Of a stretch of 64,000 bases of DNA, positions 37,677 through 48,550 are shown piece after piece. The notes below the pieces were generated by a model. That model did not search any database. It worked only from the letters and a program-made list of their open reading frames with translations, and was not told the DNA's origin. The translations under genes and the position numbers were made by a program. Source of the DNA: a virus; the IMG/VR virus record IMGVR_UViG_3300047586_000066, positions 1 through 64,000 of that record. The stretch is one strand, 5' to 3'. Positions within the stretch are counted from its first letter, which is position 1, and each line of letters opens with the position of its first letter.

Positions 37677-38050
37677 TTCTCTTCCCCGCGTGCACTGAGT
37701 GCACGCGGGCAGTCTGGAGGCAATTTATGGATAATCTGAATCCGTGGAAACTGTCCCAAGGTGAAATCAATACCCTATTCCTTGCCTTGGATCGGCATTT
37801 GAAGAGTCAGCCGCTCCCACAAGAAAGCGACAAGCCGCGCATCGCAAGCGCCGATGAGTTCATGCTTATGACCATGCAGAGAAGCGGCCGCATTGACTTC
37901 AAACACCGCGACACCCGCAACTATGTCTACCTGGTTCCGGCACCAAAGGATGATGTCCTTGGACGTTTTGGCGTTCTGAATGACGGGTGGAGGCTTGAAG
38001 TTCCTTTTACTTCGGAGCCGTTCAAACGTGGATACTTCGACAAGTTCCAA

Positions 38051-38129
38051 TGATGATCGACCAGTGAGCTTGTGCACTCAGTGCACAAGCTCAGAGGCCG
38101 CTTATTATGCGGGGAAAGAGAGAAGCCAA
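38051..38129 (+). repeat. Double-hairpin/RBS element, copy 3 (contains GTGCAC-TCA-GTGCAC)
   Basis: TGAGCTTGTGCAC-TCA-GTGCACAAGCTCA; CCGC...GCGG; GGAAAGAGAGAA; ATG 38130. Confidence 0.8.
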
Positions 38130-38528
38130 ATGTCCGACAGTTTTAATCAGGAGGCTTTTAACAGAGTTTGCCGGCAGGCAATACAGGCCAAAGCCTTTTA
38201 CGTTACCCTGATGGAATCCTGCCCATTCTATGGCGGTCCTGAAGAGGGAGGATGGTGGGGGACGGATCAACGCATCGTCGCCTATCAGCATTTCCCAACC
38301 GAAGAACAAGCCGAAGCAGCAAAGGAAGCCGTTGACAAGCTCGCCGAGGAACTTAGCACAGAATCGAGGAAAGCATTCGGCGATCAATGCCTCCGTGATA
38401 TGGAATGGCTGGATGCCCGTGGTTTGGATTCTGACTTCCTGCCGGAAGTTGACGGGGAATCGAATTTCTTTGTCGTCCTGTCTGAGGGATTGCCGGAAGA
38501 ATCATTTGGTCCGCGTCATTACGAGTAG
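38130..38528 (+). CDS. Hypothetical phage protein
   Basis: YGGPEEGGWW motif; ends PRHYE. Confidence 0.6.
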   Translation: MSDSFNQEAFNRVCRQAIQAKAFYVTLMESCPFYGGPEEGGWWGTDQRIVAYQHFPTEEQAEAAKEAVDKLAEELSTESRKAFGDQCLRDMEWLDARGLDSDFLPEVDGESNFFVVLSEGLPEESFGPRHYE

Positions 38529-38572
38529 TCGAAAGAAAGTTATTGACAAACGTTACCATGTGCGTGTATAGT
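38528..38572 (+). promoter_or_regulatory. Sigma70-like promoter
   Basis: GTCGAAAGAA...TTGACA(38543)-18nt-TATAGT. Confidence 0.6.
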
Positions 38573-39062
38573 CCTATCTAACCGATGTTTTACTATAAAA
38601 GGAGAGAAGCCAATGAGACTTTCATACACACGAACGGGTTTAATCACGAACGTTGAAACTGTGATCCACAGACTAGAAACAGCTCGCCAGCTATCCGAGA
38701 AGGCGGAAGCTATCGAAGCAAAGCTCAAAGCGAAATACGAGGAGGAACTCCGGAAGTATGCCTCTGACATCTTGGAAATGCATGTCCACAAAAAGGACAC
38801 TTCGATTAAGATCGAAGTCGCCGCCGAGCATTGGAACGGCAACACCAAGATGCTGCATATCTCCCTGAAGCCTGCCGCTGGGATCCCTGTCAAATTCGCC
38901 GAGGGGTTCAAAGATAAGAACACTCTGCCCAGCGTGGCCAGCATCGACAAGAAAATTCAGGAAGCCAAGGATATCCTTACCACACTGGTGAAGGCGAACG
39001 ACAAGAACGTCATTATCACCACAAACTACGATCTTGAGAAGATGAAACCCTACCTGCAATAA

Positions 39063-39137
39063 GTGGCGAGTCCCCGACACGGATGAGACCCGCGTCGGGA
39101 ATCCGCTATTTACACAGCGGGGAAAGAGAGAAACGAA
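39063..39137 (+). repeat. Double-hairpin/RBS element, copy 4
   Basis: CCCGACACGG/CCGCGTCGGG; CCGCT...AGCGG; GGAAAGAGAGAA. Confidence 0.8.
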
Positions 39138-39623
39138 ATGGGAGAATTAACCAGTGGTAGAGAAAAAGCCGCTTATCATCGTGAAGTGGCCGATGCCCAA
39201 GCCGATGTTGAGCAGCACCATACGAAGCTCGAAGCCGCTGCGGCCGTCAATAAACTTCGCCAGTTCATTGGCAAGACTCAGATTCGCTGTCTTAGCGATC
39301 TGTGCCGGGGAGAAGAGCGCCAGTATTTCATCGACAAACTGTGCGCCCTGGCCGAGCTGGTCTCCACAATGCCCAAGACATACGAGCAAGACGGCTTAGG
39401 GAAAGAGGCTATCGCCTATCTGCATTACTTCACTTCGGGCACCGATCACTATATCACCGAGAAGGACATGGAAGCCGAGCAGCATCAGGCTTTCGGCTCG
39501 GCTAACATCGGATACGGTCCTGAGCTGGGATACATTTCAATCGTTGAGCTTCTCTCCTGCGGAGCGGAACTTGATCTGTACTTTGAGCCGAAAACGCTTG
39601 CCACTATCGAAGATAGAAAGTGA
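39138..39623 (+). CDS. DUF2958-like protein
   Basis: LHYFT..TDHYITE.D...FG...ELGYISIVEL...ELDLYFEPKTL. Confidence 0.7.
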   Translation: MGELTSGREKAAYHREVADAQADVEQHHTKLEAAAAVNKLRQFIGKTQIRCLSDLCRGEERQYFIDKLCALAELVSTMPKTYEQDGLGKEAIAYLHYFTSGTDHYITEKDMEAEQHQAFGSANIGYGPELGYISIVELLSCGAELDLYFEPKTLATIEDRK

Positions 39624-41087
39624 AGGATTGGCCATGGATGCAGAACAGATTGATAACTGGGGTTCTGAAGCATGGCGACAACCTGAACCTCTGCCAACTG
39701 ACGTGGTTTTATATTCAGAATGCGGACGTAGCTTGAACAATATCGATTTTCGTTCGCATTCCTTTAAGCTGGTCAAGGCTCAGTTCGGCGGATACTTCGC
39801 TTTGGTTCGTCATGGTGGAGGAGACGAGCGTCTCAGCCTTGGATATTCGCATATGGGAATCGAGAGAATGTTTTCACAGCTCGATTCCGATTCGCGCTAT
39901 TTGCTTTTGCATCAGTTTTTCGATATCGCTCACAATGCAAACCGAGCCGCTACTGACAACACAGCGGGTGAGTATCGCAAGGCTTTTGTCGATGGCAGGC
40001 TGAAAAAACGCAAGTTGCCAGCTCAAGGGATATGGAAAATCTGGATTGAACCTAAAACCGAAGGGAGAGCATGATGCCAGATATTTCTTTGAAAAAACTG
40101 CGCGAGGATTGCCCACAAGGCTACAATCTCGCAACCCTCGTACCTTTAGACCAGCCTTCTACGGACTTAACCCCGCTTCTCGAAGCTGTCCCAGTTCTGA
40201 AGGAAGCCTCCGGCGCTTTGGGTGTTCTCCGCTCTATGGACATTCCTGGTAAGCGTCAGGGAATCCAAAAGCAGATAGCCTTGGATGGTAAAGAGTACAA
40301 ACTTTGGCATCTTGTCTTTCTGCCTGAGCCGGTGGATAACGTTTACGCTACCCTTCATGTTTACAACTTCTTTCTTCACAGGGTTACAGAATCAGAAGCC
40401 AGACACAGAGAGGAGACCTAAAATGGAACTGAACGAAGCCGTTGAACTGGTCCTCAAACTTGCGCGGGAGTCAATCTCTTGGGATCTTATTGAAGTCAGA
40501 AAGGGACAGATTGAAGCCTGCAATTTAATCGAGGACTTTGCTGTGAATCACCTGGGACAAGATGACATTGGCGATCAATGCTGTTTTGTCCGTTCTTCGG
40601 GTACCGGGTGGTTTTGTTGGACGCATAAACACTTATGTCCCGGCCCTCTGCCCTACTGCGATCAAGAGCCCTGGGAAACTCCGCTAGGCCCGCGTGAAAT
40701 GCAAGCCGTCCGGACCTTATGGGATGCTCTCAGCGAGATCCTTGAAGACTCCTCGATTGCAACCTATCTGCCTCCAGAGCTACGGGCTAATGGACTGAAA
40801 GCTATCGAAAAAGCTGTAGACGCTTTCCCAGTGGAGGCATAGTCATGAAGATCTACACTGGGAAAGCCACAATCAATAATTCAAGATTCGACCGAACCTA
40901 CCGATTCCGTGTCTTTGCCACAAGCTATCACATGGCGGCAGCGCGAGCCATCAAGGTCGCAAAGAAGGAATTCAGGCTCAGCCAAGGACGAACTAAAATC
41001 GCCTATATGGGCATTCCACATATTGAACAGCTTTCTAATCCCGTGATCCCTGCCGAGTGGGTAGATCAGGCATGGCTCATTGTTTGA

Positions 41088-41158
41088 TTCTGGAGGCAAC
41101 GACGCGGGATAGCCCGTGCCATTGCTCCTTGGATCACCCAAGGGGAAAGAGGGGAACC
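41088..41158 (+). repeat. Double-hairpin/RBS element, copy 5
   Basis: GCAAC.ACGCGGG/CCCGTG..ATTGC; CCTTGG-ATCAC-CCAAGG; GGAAAGAGGGGAA; TTG 41159. Confidence 0.65.
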
Positions 41159-41410
41159 TTGAAAAGATCAATGCGCGTTATCTCAGCCATTCTGTGGCTT
41201 GCTCTCGCCGGGCTTGCCGCTGACAAGGCAGTTCAGGAACGGCCCAAAGTCCAATGTGCCGGTATCACTAAAGCCGGATTACGCTGCAAGCGCATCGTGA
41301 AACCGCCTGCCATATATTGCTGGCAGCATAAGGCACAGGCTTCGAAGAAAGCCGAATGCCATACCGATGCAGAGTGCGAACGCATGTACGGGAAACTTTT
41401 CCACAACTAG
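41159..41410 (+). CDS. Signal-peptide protein with a C-x9-C...CxxH zinc motif
   Basis: Hydrophobic N-terminus; QCAGITKAGLRCKR...YCWQH. Confidence 0.6.
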   Translation: MKRSMRVISAILWLALAGLAADKAVQERPKVQCAGITKAGLRCKRIVKPPAIYCWQHKAQASKKAECHTDAECERMYGKLFHN

Positions 41411-41484
41411 ACTCTGGACTTGAAGATGTGGGCACAGCCCATGCCTTCGAGCCTTGGGTTACCCAGGGGGAAAGAGAGAAACCG
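41411..41484 (+). repeat. Double-hairpin/RBS element, copy 6
   Basis: CTTGAAG..TGGGC/GCCCA..CTTCGAG; CCTTGGG-TTA-CCCAGGG; GGAAAGAGAGAA; ATG 41485. Confidence 0.7.
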
Positions 41485-41692
41485 ATGGCCAATTATAAAG
41501 TGTGGGTTCAAATCGAAGTACAGCCCGAAATAAAAGATCCTTACAATGTTGACGAGCCCGTTGACATCATCGAAGTTGATACCCTTCCAAAAGCCCGTCG
41601 CATAGTCAATCAGATCATCGACCTTTTCACCGATGAGGAAACCATTGCCCACTGGAAGAGAACCAAAATCTATCCGTTTGAAAGGAGCAAAA

Positions 41693-42580
41693 ATGTCTGA
41701 ATATGTCATTTGGCAGAGGGGTTACTATATCCCTCCTTCTCATCAGCTACCCGCTGGACCGGATGAACCTTTATTGCTCCCTGAGAATTGTGAGACAATC
41801 ATGAACGCTGAAGCGCCGGAAGGATGGCAGAAGATTGACGCGATTGTCGAACGGACTTCTACTGAAGGAGTTCAGGAAGCCCTGGAAGAAGCTGAAGCCG
41901 CGAAGAAACCAAAGCGCCACTGGGTAATGGACTACTTCAGAGGCAATGAGAAGGACGGTTATGTCTGTGTGCCGCCCTGGCTCAATGAACAGAAAGCGCC
42001 AAAGCTCCAGCCTGGTCCGATTGCCCGGATCGACAGGAATTATACCGTGACCGTGAAGCGGCTGACCGATAACATCAAGAACAATCTCAGTCAATACGAG
42101 AAGCATCTCGGCAAGAAGGTCGGCGCTTATGCCTGTGTCGCAACGGACGGACACCGGGCTTTACTGGTCCGCGATGCACTCAAGGATGGCAAACACCGAA
42201 AGAAATGGCCTGTCAACGGTATTCCGAAGCCCACCGATCCCAACTTCGTTATATCTGATCCTGAGATTATAAACGGGCTTCGACGGCTGGGGACTGTCAC
42301 CAAAGGGGAGAAATATCCTTCCTGGGTGACTTTCTCTCTTTCCGCTGAAGAGGGGAGACTCGTTCTCTCCTCTTCAGTTCCCGACATTAAGGGGACGGAG
42401 GTCTACGAATGCCAGAGCACGGCGTCTATCGAGTTCTCCGTGAATACTGAGTTTATGATTGCGGCTTGTGGCTCCTGGCCGCTGATCTGCTATTTCAAAG
42501 ACAATGTGAGCCCGTTGATCTTCATGCCCAAAACCAAAGCCCGAGAATTCATGTACGTGGTTATGCCCGTACAGAAATGA
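41693..42580 (+). CDS. Protein with a beta-sliding-clamp-like C-terminal part
   Basis: VATDGHRAL and terminal YVVMPV, typical DnaN motifs. Confidence 0.6.
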   Translation: MSEYVIWQRGYYIPPSHQLPAGPDEPLLLPENCETIMNAEAPEGWQKIDAIVERTSTEGVQEALEEAEAAKKPKRHWVMDYFRGNEKDGYVCVPPWLNEQKAPKLQPGPIARIDRNYTVTVKRLTDNIKNNLSQYEKHLGKKVGAYACVATDGHRALLVRDALKDGKHRKKWPVNGIPKPTDPNFVISDPEIINGLRRLGTVTKGEKYPSWVTFSLSAEEGRLVLSSSVPDIKGTEVYECQSTASIEFSVNTEFMIAACGSWPLICYFKDNVSPLIFMPKTKAREFMYVVMPVQK

Positions 42581-43093
42581 GGATTATGGCTCTTACCTTG
42601 GAATCAGCTTTGATCGTGGCTCGCAATATTCGAGACATTGACAAGCCCTATCAGCCGGATAGCCCGCTTCCCTCCTGCCAGGAAGCTCTGGAGATTATCG
42701 AAGATGCTCTTGGCCGCTATGACTTCAACTGGATCACTGGACAGGATGCCCGCGACCTACTCCGAAAGGAGTCTGGCTATGAATAAAAGTCAATACGTTA
42801 GACCATTTGACAAACTTAACGACATGAAAGAAGACGCGAGGGGATTGCTTGTACGCATCGCCTCACTACACAGTCATTGCAGTCATGCCGAAGAATTTGG
42901 GCTTTATTCCTCCGACCATAGCGCCGTAGCCCATGCCTTTCGTTGTGCGGCAGAGCTTTATGTCGCACTTGAGGATACTGAAGAGAATGCAAGTTTCTAC
43001 CAAGACTTTGATAGATGGGAAAGACGCAGCAAAGAAGAGGCGGCAAAGGCGCTTCGTGATCGTATTCATGACGCCGAGTCAAAATCGAAAGCC

Positions 43094-43172
43094 TGATGAT
43101 CGACCACTTGGCTTGTGCACTAGTGCACAAGCCTGGAGGCCGCTGCTATCAGCGGGGAAGGAGAGATTCTCT
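43094..43172 (+). repeat. Double-hairpin/RBS element, copy 7 (near-duplicate of copy 3)
   Basis: TGATGATCGACCA..GGCTTGTGCAC-TA-GTGCACAAGCC..GAGG CCGCT...AGCGG GGAAGGAGAGA. Confidence 0.8.
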
Positions 43173-43562
43173 ATGGATGAAAAGAAAGAGCCGATGCCGG
43201 ACGTGAATCGCAGCCCAATCGGCCAACGGGAATGGCTCGAAGAAGGCAAGCGGCTATTCGGCATGCCTGCAACAAAATGGAAGTTCATGTGTCCTGTCTG
43301 CAAGGGCATTCAGACAATGGACGACTTCATAGTAAGGAACCTCGATCATGACCTAGTGTACCAGGAATGCATCGGAAGACATATTCCCGGCGCTCAGGAT
43401 CGTTTCCTGAAGAGCAAGCGGCAGGTCGGCCCATGTGACTATGCAGCATATGGGCTCATTCATCTTGGTCGAACTGTTAAATACGAGGACAGGAAGGGAA
43501 TAAAAATGCCTTCTATCCAGGCTTTCCCGTTTGCTCTCGATTTGAAGGAGGGATTACTATGA
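43173..43562 (+). CDS. VVA0879-like phage protein
   Basis: EGKRLFG...WKFMCPVC...QECIGR...CDYAAYGL. Confidence 0.65.
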   Translation: MDEKKEPMPDVNRSPIGQREWLEEGKRLFGMPATKWKFMCPVCKGIQTMDDFIVRNLDHDLVYQECIGRHIPGAQDRFLKSKRQVGPCDYAAYGLIHLGRTVKYEDRKGIKMPSIQAFPFALDLKEGLL

Positions 43563-44343
43563 GATACATAATTCTAAGCTGGGACAATGAGGAGGAGCAG
43601 ACCTTTTACGATATTGTCCAAGCCGAAACCACAGAAAAAGCCAGAGAACTCGTCAAGAAAGTCCGGGACAATTATGCTGAAATAATTGCCTCATTTGATG
43701 CCGAGGATCTCCGCTCTATGGCAGACCGTATCGCAAGAGCGCCTGAAGACGAAGTTATTTCAGCATCCAACTGGAAGAAATTCAAGGAGGCGTCTTGATG
43801 GCTAGAACGATCCAATCTCTTACCCTTTCCGAGATGGACTGCAAAGGGCGCAACGGTTATTTCAACCACGGCAGGACTGAGATTTGGTCCTCCGGCAATC
43901 CCGTTGATGGAATTACGATTTACGTCCAGGTCTACAGCAAGAAGACAGGCCAAAGTCCTCCGCTTCAGTTCCACGGCCCTGTGGCTGTGATCCTCCAATA
44001 CTTCGCCGAGCTGGCACGAAATTGCATGGAAGTATCCCGAGAAGCAGGAGGCAACCAATGAAAGAACCCAAAGAAGTCATTTGCCCAATGTGCGGAGGGA
44101 ATCGGCTGAAGGTCGGGCAGGTCTCCTACAACACTCAGGTCTATAGCCCAGACTGGGAAAAGAACGGCGACGATGAAGAATGGAGCGCGTCAGATTACAG
44201 TCTTGACCAAAACCGTTACATTGTCTCGATCTACTGTCAGGATTGCTCCGAGAATTGCGAGGATACCGATCTGACCGATCTTGCCATTGAGGCTGGCTGG
44301 GAGATCTACGATGAAGATTCTTTTAAGCTGAAAACGAAGTAGC

Positions 44344-45018
44344 TTATTCGTCAGGATCGGGGATGCTTTCGTCTTCAGAATCTTCGAAAACGTCTCCTTC
44401 GGTAGGGGCGACTTCGGTCGCCTCTGCCTCAATCGTCTCGCCTTCGGGCTCAATCGTCTCAGGGAGGGCGACTTGTCTGGATTGCATTTTACTCATAACT
44501 CGACGCAAAAGATCTTCGCTGCTATTGACGCCGCTGGGCGGCGTTGCCCCTCCTCCGATGCTGAGACTTCTCTGGTCAACGTGGACGTTGATCCCCCCAG
44601 GTTTTTCCTGCATGCCCGTGGCTTCACGGTATTCCTTCATGACGGAATGCGGGCTCAATCCCACGGCGAGATAATCCTTTGCTTCGAGGCTGAGCGCCGT
44701 GTTCAAGAGTTGGCGGTATTTCTTTCCTTCAGTTCTTTGAATCAAAATCCTGTTTCTATCGTTCTCATGGGAAATCAACGTCCGGGTGGGCAGCAACGAT
44801 TGGATGTGCTGAATATCCATCTCGATCTCTTCGAGAGAGCACTCTATCCCTTGAGCATTGAGGAATTTAACAATCTCCTCCTCTGCAAAACCCGAAATAA
44901 AATGAGTATAAACCGTGGAGGCGCGACCGTGCTGCGCGTAGTCGTCCTTCCCAATCTGTTTTATCTCTGGCGGAGGTCCGCTTTTTGTGACAGCCCACTC
45001 GAATCCTTGTCGTGCCAT
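44344..45018 (-). CDS. Hypothetical protein, possible terminase small subunit
   Basis: Isolated minus-strand gene; helical core, INVHVD strand, acidic tail. Confidence 0.35.
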   Translation of the reverse strand: MARQGFEWAVTKSGPPPEIKQIGKDDYAQHGRASTVYTHFISGFAEEEIVKFLNAQGIECSLEEIEMDIQHIQSLLPTRTLISHENDRNRILIQRTEGKKYRQLLNTALSLEAKDYLAVGLSPHSVMKEYREATGMQEKPGGINVHVDQRSLSIGGGATPPSGVNSSEDLLRRVMSKMQSRQVALPETIEPEGETIEAEATEVAPTEGDVFEDSEDESIPDPDE

Positions 45019-45766
45019 GGAGGCATCTTACAACAAAGGAATCAAAATGTTTATTCCAATTTACAAAATCGTCGCTTTGGGGATTGTATTTGTTTTCTTT
45101 TTGATGGTCGCATTTCTCATGGGGTGCCTAGCTGGATTTCACGGCGATGACGATTAGCGTGCACTGGGTGCACAGAAGGAGCAAGAATGGAAATCCTAAT
45201 TAGAAGGCCCAAGCATCAGAATATCCGCTTTAAGGAATCTGACGATATGGAGATTCACACCAGAAAAAGCAACATCCTTGATGATGGAGATCTTCATTTC
45301 ACAGCCACAACGGGCCAGGGAGAAGTTTATATCCGAATGAGTCATGCAGAATTCATCATTCTTTCTCATCGCTATAGGCAATATCACAAGATGCACACAA
45401 AGACCCCTAAGTATCGTGCTCGAATGAAACGTTTGATGAAGAAACTCGACTGTAAATATGGGAGACTCACAGAATGAATAAAATCTTAGCTTTAACGCGG
45501 GCACAAGAAAACATGGCCGAAGCCCTGGCGATTGCGATGCGGTATGGAGGGATCGACGGCGCTCACCATAAAGATTGGGTTATCGATCAAATGGTTCGCG
45601 CTCTCACAGGATGCGCCAGAGTTGAGGTACGAGATAAGGACATCAATGGGAAAGACTATCTCTTCTTGAAATACAACGAATCGGAGACCTATTTGAAGTT
45701 TGTGGCAGCCGCAAAACAAGGTGTGGACAATCCAGAGACTTATGAATGGAATGTGGGGATAGCGCC

Positions 45767-47155
45767 ATGAAAACTCAAGTCTTTATTTCTGATCGACTCT
45801 ACATCAAAGCTCCGGACCAGGAAGCCAGGATGAGCCATCCGCTCTTTCAGCGGGTCAAGCAGGAGCTTACCCACCTGAATCCGCAATATGACACGCTTCA
45901 GCGCCTGGGAAAGTGGACAGGCAACACACCGCGTTACACGATCATGTGGACAAACCACGAACAGACCTCCGAGTATTTCCTGGGCGCTCCACGCGGGTAC
46001 CGGGAAAAGCTCACCCTGGCTGCTGAGTCAACTCGAACGGATCTGGAATGGATCGACAAAACCGTTTGTCCTGAACTGACTGAACCGCTTGCCCATCCAA
46101 CTCAGCCGCTCGACGAATTTCAGGATGATGCGCTTGAAGTTCTTCTTGGTTACGACAACGGCTGTATGGAAGCACCGACCGGAGCCGGGAAAACGAATAT
46201 CCTTATGAGTATGATTCCCTTTCTCCAAACGCCTACGCTGATCCTGGTCCACACGAAAGAGCTGCTTATGCAGACGCATCGACGCCTGGGCGAATGGCTT
46301 GGCATTGAGGCTGGGATTCTCGGAGGAGGCAAGTCAAAGCTCAAGGATGTCACAGTTGGAATGATTCAGACCTTAGCCCGCATGGATATCCGGCAGTCCG
46401 GCGTCGGCGCTCGCTTCGGGGCTGTGATCGTCGATGAGTGCCATCATTCTCCGGCAATGACCTGGGCCGAGATTCTGAACCGGATGCAGGCAAAGTATCG
46501 CTATGGCTTCACGGCGACTGCCTGGAGGAAAGACAAGCTCGAATTTGTGATCTGGGACGTGATCGGCGAGATCCGATCCAAGGTCAGCCGGCAGGAAGTC
46601 ATCGACGCTGGGCGAATTGTGTGGCCGACTGTGGAGCAAGTTCACACGGACTATTCCTATCCAATCGGCGATGATTCGTCGAAGTGGATTGCCATGATTT
46701 CCGACCTGATCGCCGATGAGGATAGAAACATACTCATCGAAAAGCAGGTCCGAACCCGAATGTGGGCGAACACGAAAGCTCTGATCCTGACAGATCGGAT
46801 CGATCACGCTAACCATCTTGCAAGCCGCCTGACCGACCTCGATCCCGCGCTGCTGACTGGGGAGCTAACGAAACGGGAGCGCGAGGAAACCATGACCCGC
46901 GTCCGAGCTGGCGCAAAGCTGACGGTCGCCACAATCCATCTCCTGGGTGAAGGCGTAGACGTTCCGGGCTGGGATCTTTTGTTCCTGGTCAGTCCTCTGT
47001 CCAAAGGTCCGAGGGTCATGCAGGCTCTTGGACGAATTGCCCGCGTGGCGCCGGGTAAGGATTCCGCCACATTGATCGACTTCGTTGACAGTGAGATTCC
47101 AATGCTTTACGCCGCGGCGAAAGGTCGCATGAGGCTTTACAGGAGGTCAGACTAA
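45767..47155 (+). CDS. Superfamily II helicase
   Basis: APTGAGKT, VDECHH, FTAT, EGVDVP, QALGRIAR. Confidence 0.92.
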   Translation: MKTQVFISDRLYIKAPDQEARMSHPLFQRVKQELTHLNPQYDTLQRLGKWTGNTPRYTIMWTNHEQTSEYFLGAPRGYREKLTLAAESTRTDLEWIDKTVCPELTEPLAHPTQPLDEFQDDALEVLLGYDNGCMEAPTGAGKTNILMSMIPFLQTPTLILVHTKELLMQTHRRLGEWLGIEAGILGGGKSKLKDVTVGMIQTLARMDIRQSGVGARFGAVIVDECHHSPAMTWAEILNRMQAKYRYGFTATAWRKDKLEFVIWDVIGEIRSKVSRQEVIDAGRIVWPTVEQVHTDYSYPIGDDSSKWIAMISDLIADEDRNILIEKQVRTRMWANTKALILTDRIDHANHLASRLTDLDPALLTGELTKREREETMTRVRAGAKLTVATIHLLGEGVDVPGWDLLFLVSPLSKGPRVMQALGRIARVAPGKDSATLIDFVDSEIPMLYAAAKGRMRLYRRSD

Positions 47156-47388
47156 ATGGCAAAAGAATATCACAAGAAATGGCCTTATCCGAAAGGTACG
47201 TTGGCAATTCTGAAACCTACCTGGGTGTCGGTTTTCGATAAGATTTTGGTCAAGACCACAACTAAGGCTTCCTTGGCACGGCACGGAGAATGGATAGTTA
47301 AAATACGTCGTGCTGAACCTCCTCGAATAAGTCTGGGAGCTTGGTCCGTTTCTTTTTTGCAGAAAGTTCGAGTAAAGAAAGGAACGAT

Positions 47389-47976
47389 ATGAGCCGTATC
47401 TATTTAACTGAAAAGGAAATTCATTTGGTTCTTGGGCTGGCGAAGGATATTAAGCGGGATTATGCCTTGCTGCATCTCATGGCTTCCACGGGGCTGAGAT
47501 CCTCGGACCTGCTTCGCCTGAAGATCAAGGATATGATCGACCAGGATGGAGACATCATCCGTCTGCTTCGTCTCAAAATGAAGAAAACCGGACTGTATAT
47601 CGAGCATCCCCTCCGCGATGACTGCCGCGAAGCCATCCGCGAATGGCTTGGCAGCCGGGAAGACTCGAACCCCTGGCTATTCTGTTCCCTGAATCCCGGC
47701 TGGGTGAATAAGAACATGCCGCTCAGCCGGGTTCACCATCACAAAATGATGAAGAAGTACCTGGGCGCTATCCGCCATGGGTCCGAGCTGCAAGGAAGCT
47801 CAACGCATACCCTGCGCCGGAGCGTGGCGAAGCTGATCCACAATAAGACTGGCAAGATCGCCGTGGCTCAAAAGTTCCTGGGGCATACGAGTCCCGCGAA
47901 CACGTCCCTTTACATTGATCCGGACGAATTAAAGGAAACCGCAAATAAGATTGTCTTGGAGGAATGCCAGTGGTAG
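47389..47976 (+). CDS. Tyrosine recombinase (catalytic domain only)
   Basis: TGLRSSD (R), K, HTLRRS (HxxR), LGH, TSLY (Y); 195 aa. Confidence 0.9.
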   Translation: MSRIYLTEKEIHLVLGLAKDIKRDYALLHLMASTGLRSSDLLRLKIKDMIDQDGDIIRLLRLKMKKTGLYIEHPLRDDCREAIREWLGSREDSNPWLFCSLNPGWVNKNMPLSRVHHHKMMKKYLGAIRHGSELQGSSTHTLRRSVAKLIHNKTGKIAVAQKFLGHTSPANTSLYIDPDELKETANKIVLEECQW

Positions 47977-47986
47977 AGTACCGAAA

Positions 47987-48550
47987 ATGTTCAAGGGACC
48001 CAAATCGGCGCATTCAGAGGGCGGAAAAGTAATGGCCAAACGCCAACGCGAAGCTGCTCTACAGCGATACCTTACTGATCCCAAGATTTGCCAATTTTGT
48101 AATCGAACAATTCTTATGCGTTTGGGTCAGAAGACTTCAGAAGTAAAAGTTAAGAAATTCTGCAACCATTCATGTGCGGCTGCATTTTCCAACAAAAGTC
48201 GCAGAAAAACACGATTCTGTAAATGTGGCTCAATCCTTGAAGGGAAAAGAACTCTTTGCCCCGATTGTCTCCCAGCCCGCAAAGAGGCAGCTTTACTGAA
48301 AACAAAAGCAGAAGTAAGGCGTACCACTCTCCATACACATGCCCGGCGACGTTGCCCTGCTAAGTCTTGCGAATCCTGCGGATATTCCAAATTTACAGAA
48401 GTATGTCATATCCGCAAAGTGGAGGATTTTCCAGATGAAGCCACTCTTGAGGAAATCAACAGCCCAGAAAATATGATTCGCCTTTGTCCTAATTGCCATT
48501 GGGAGCTGGATCGTGGTATGCTCGACATCTCACGAATTAGAGCGGGCTAG
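47987..48550 (+). CDS. HNH endonuclease with zinc fingers
   Basis: FCNHSCAA; CESCG...EVCHI...N..RLCPNCHWELD. Confidence 0.82.
   Translation: MFKGPKSAHSEGGKVMAKRQREAALQRYLTDPKICQFCNRTILMRLGQKTSEVKVKKFCNHSCAAAFSNKSRRKTRFCKCGSILEGKRTLCPDCLPARKEAALLKTKAEVRRTTLHTHARRRCPAKSCESCGYSKFTEVCHIRKVEDFPDEATLEEINSPENMIRLCPNCHWELDRGMLDISRIRAG

Noticed and set aside
35932-43172. Integron attC sites or rho-independent terminators
   Set aside because: No RYYYAAC...GTTRRRY ends, the recombinase is too short for IntI, and no poly-U follows the hairpins.
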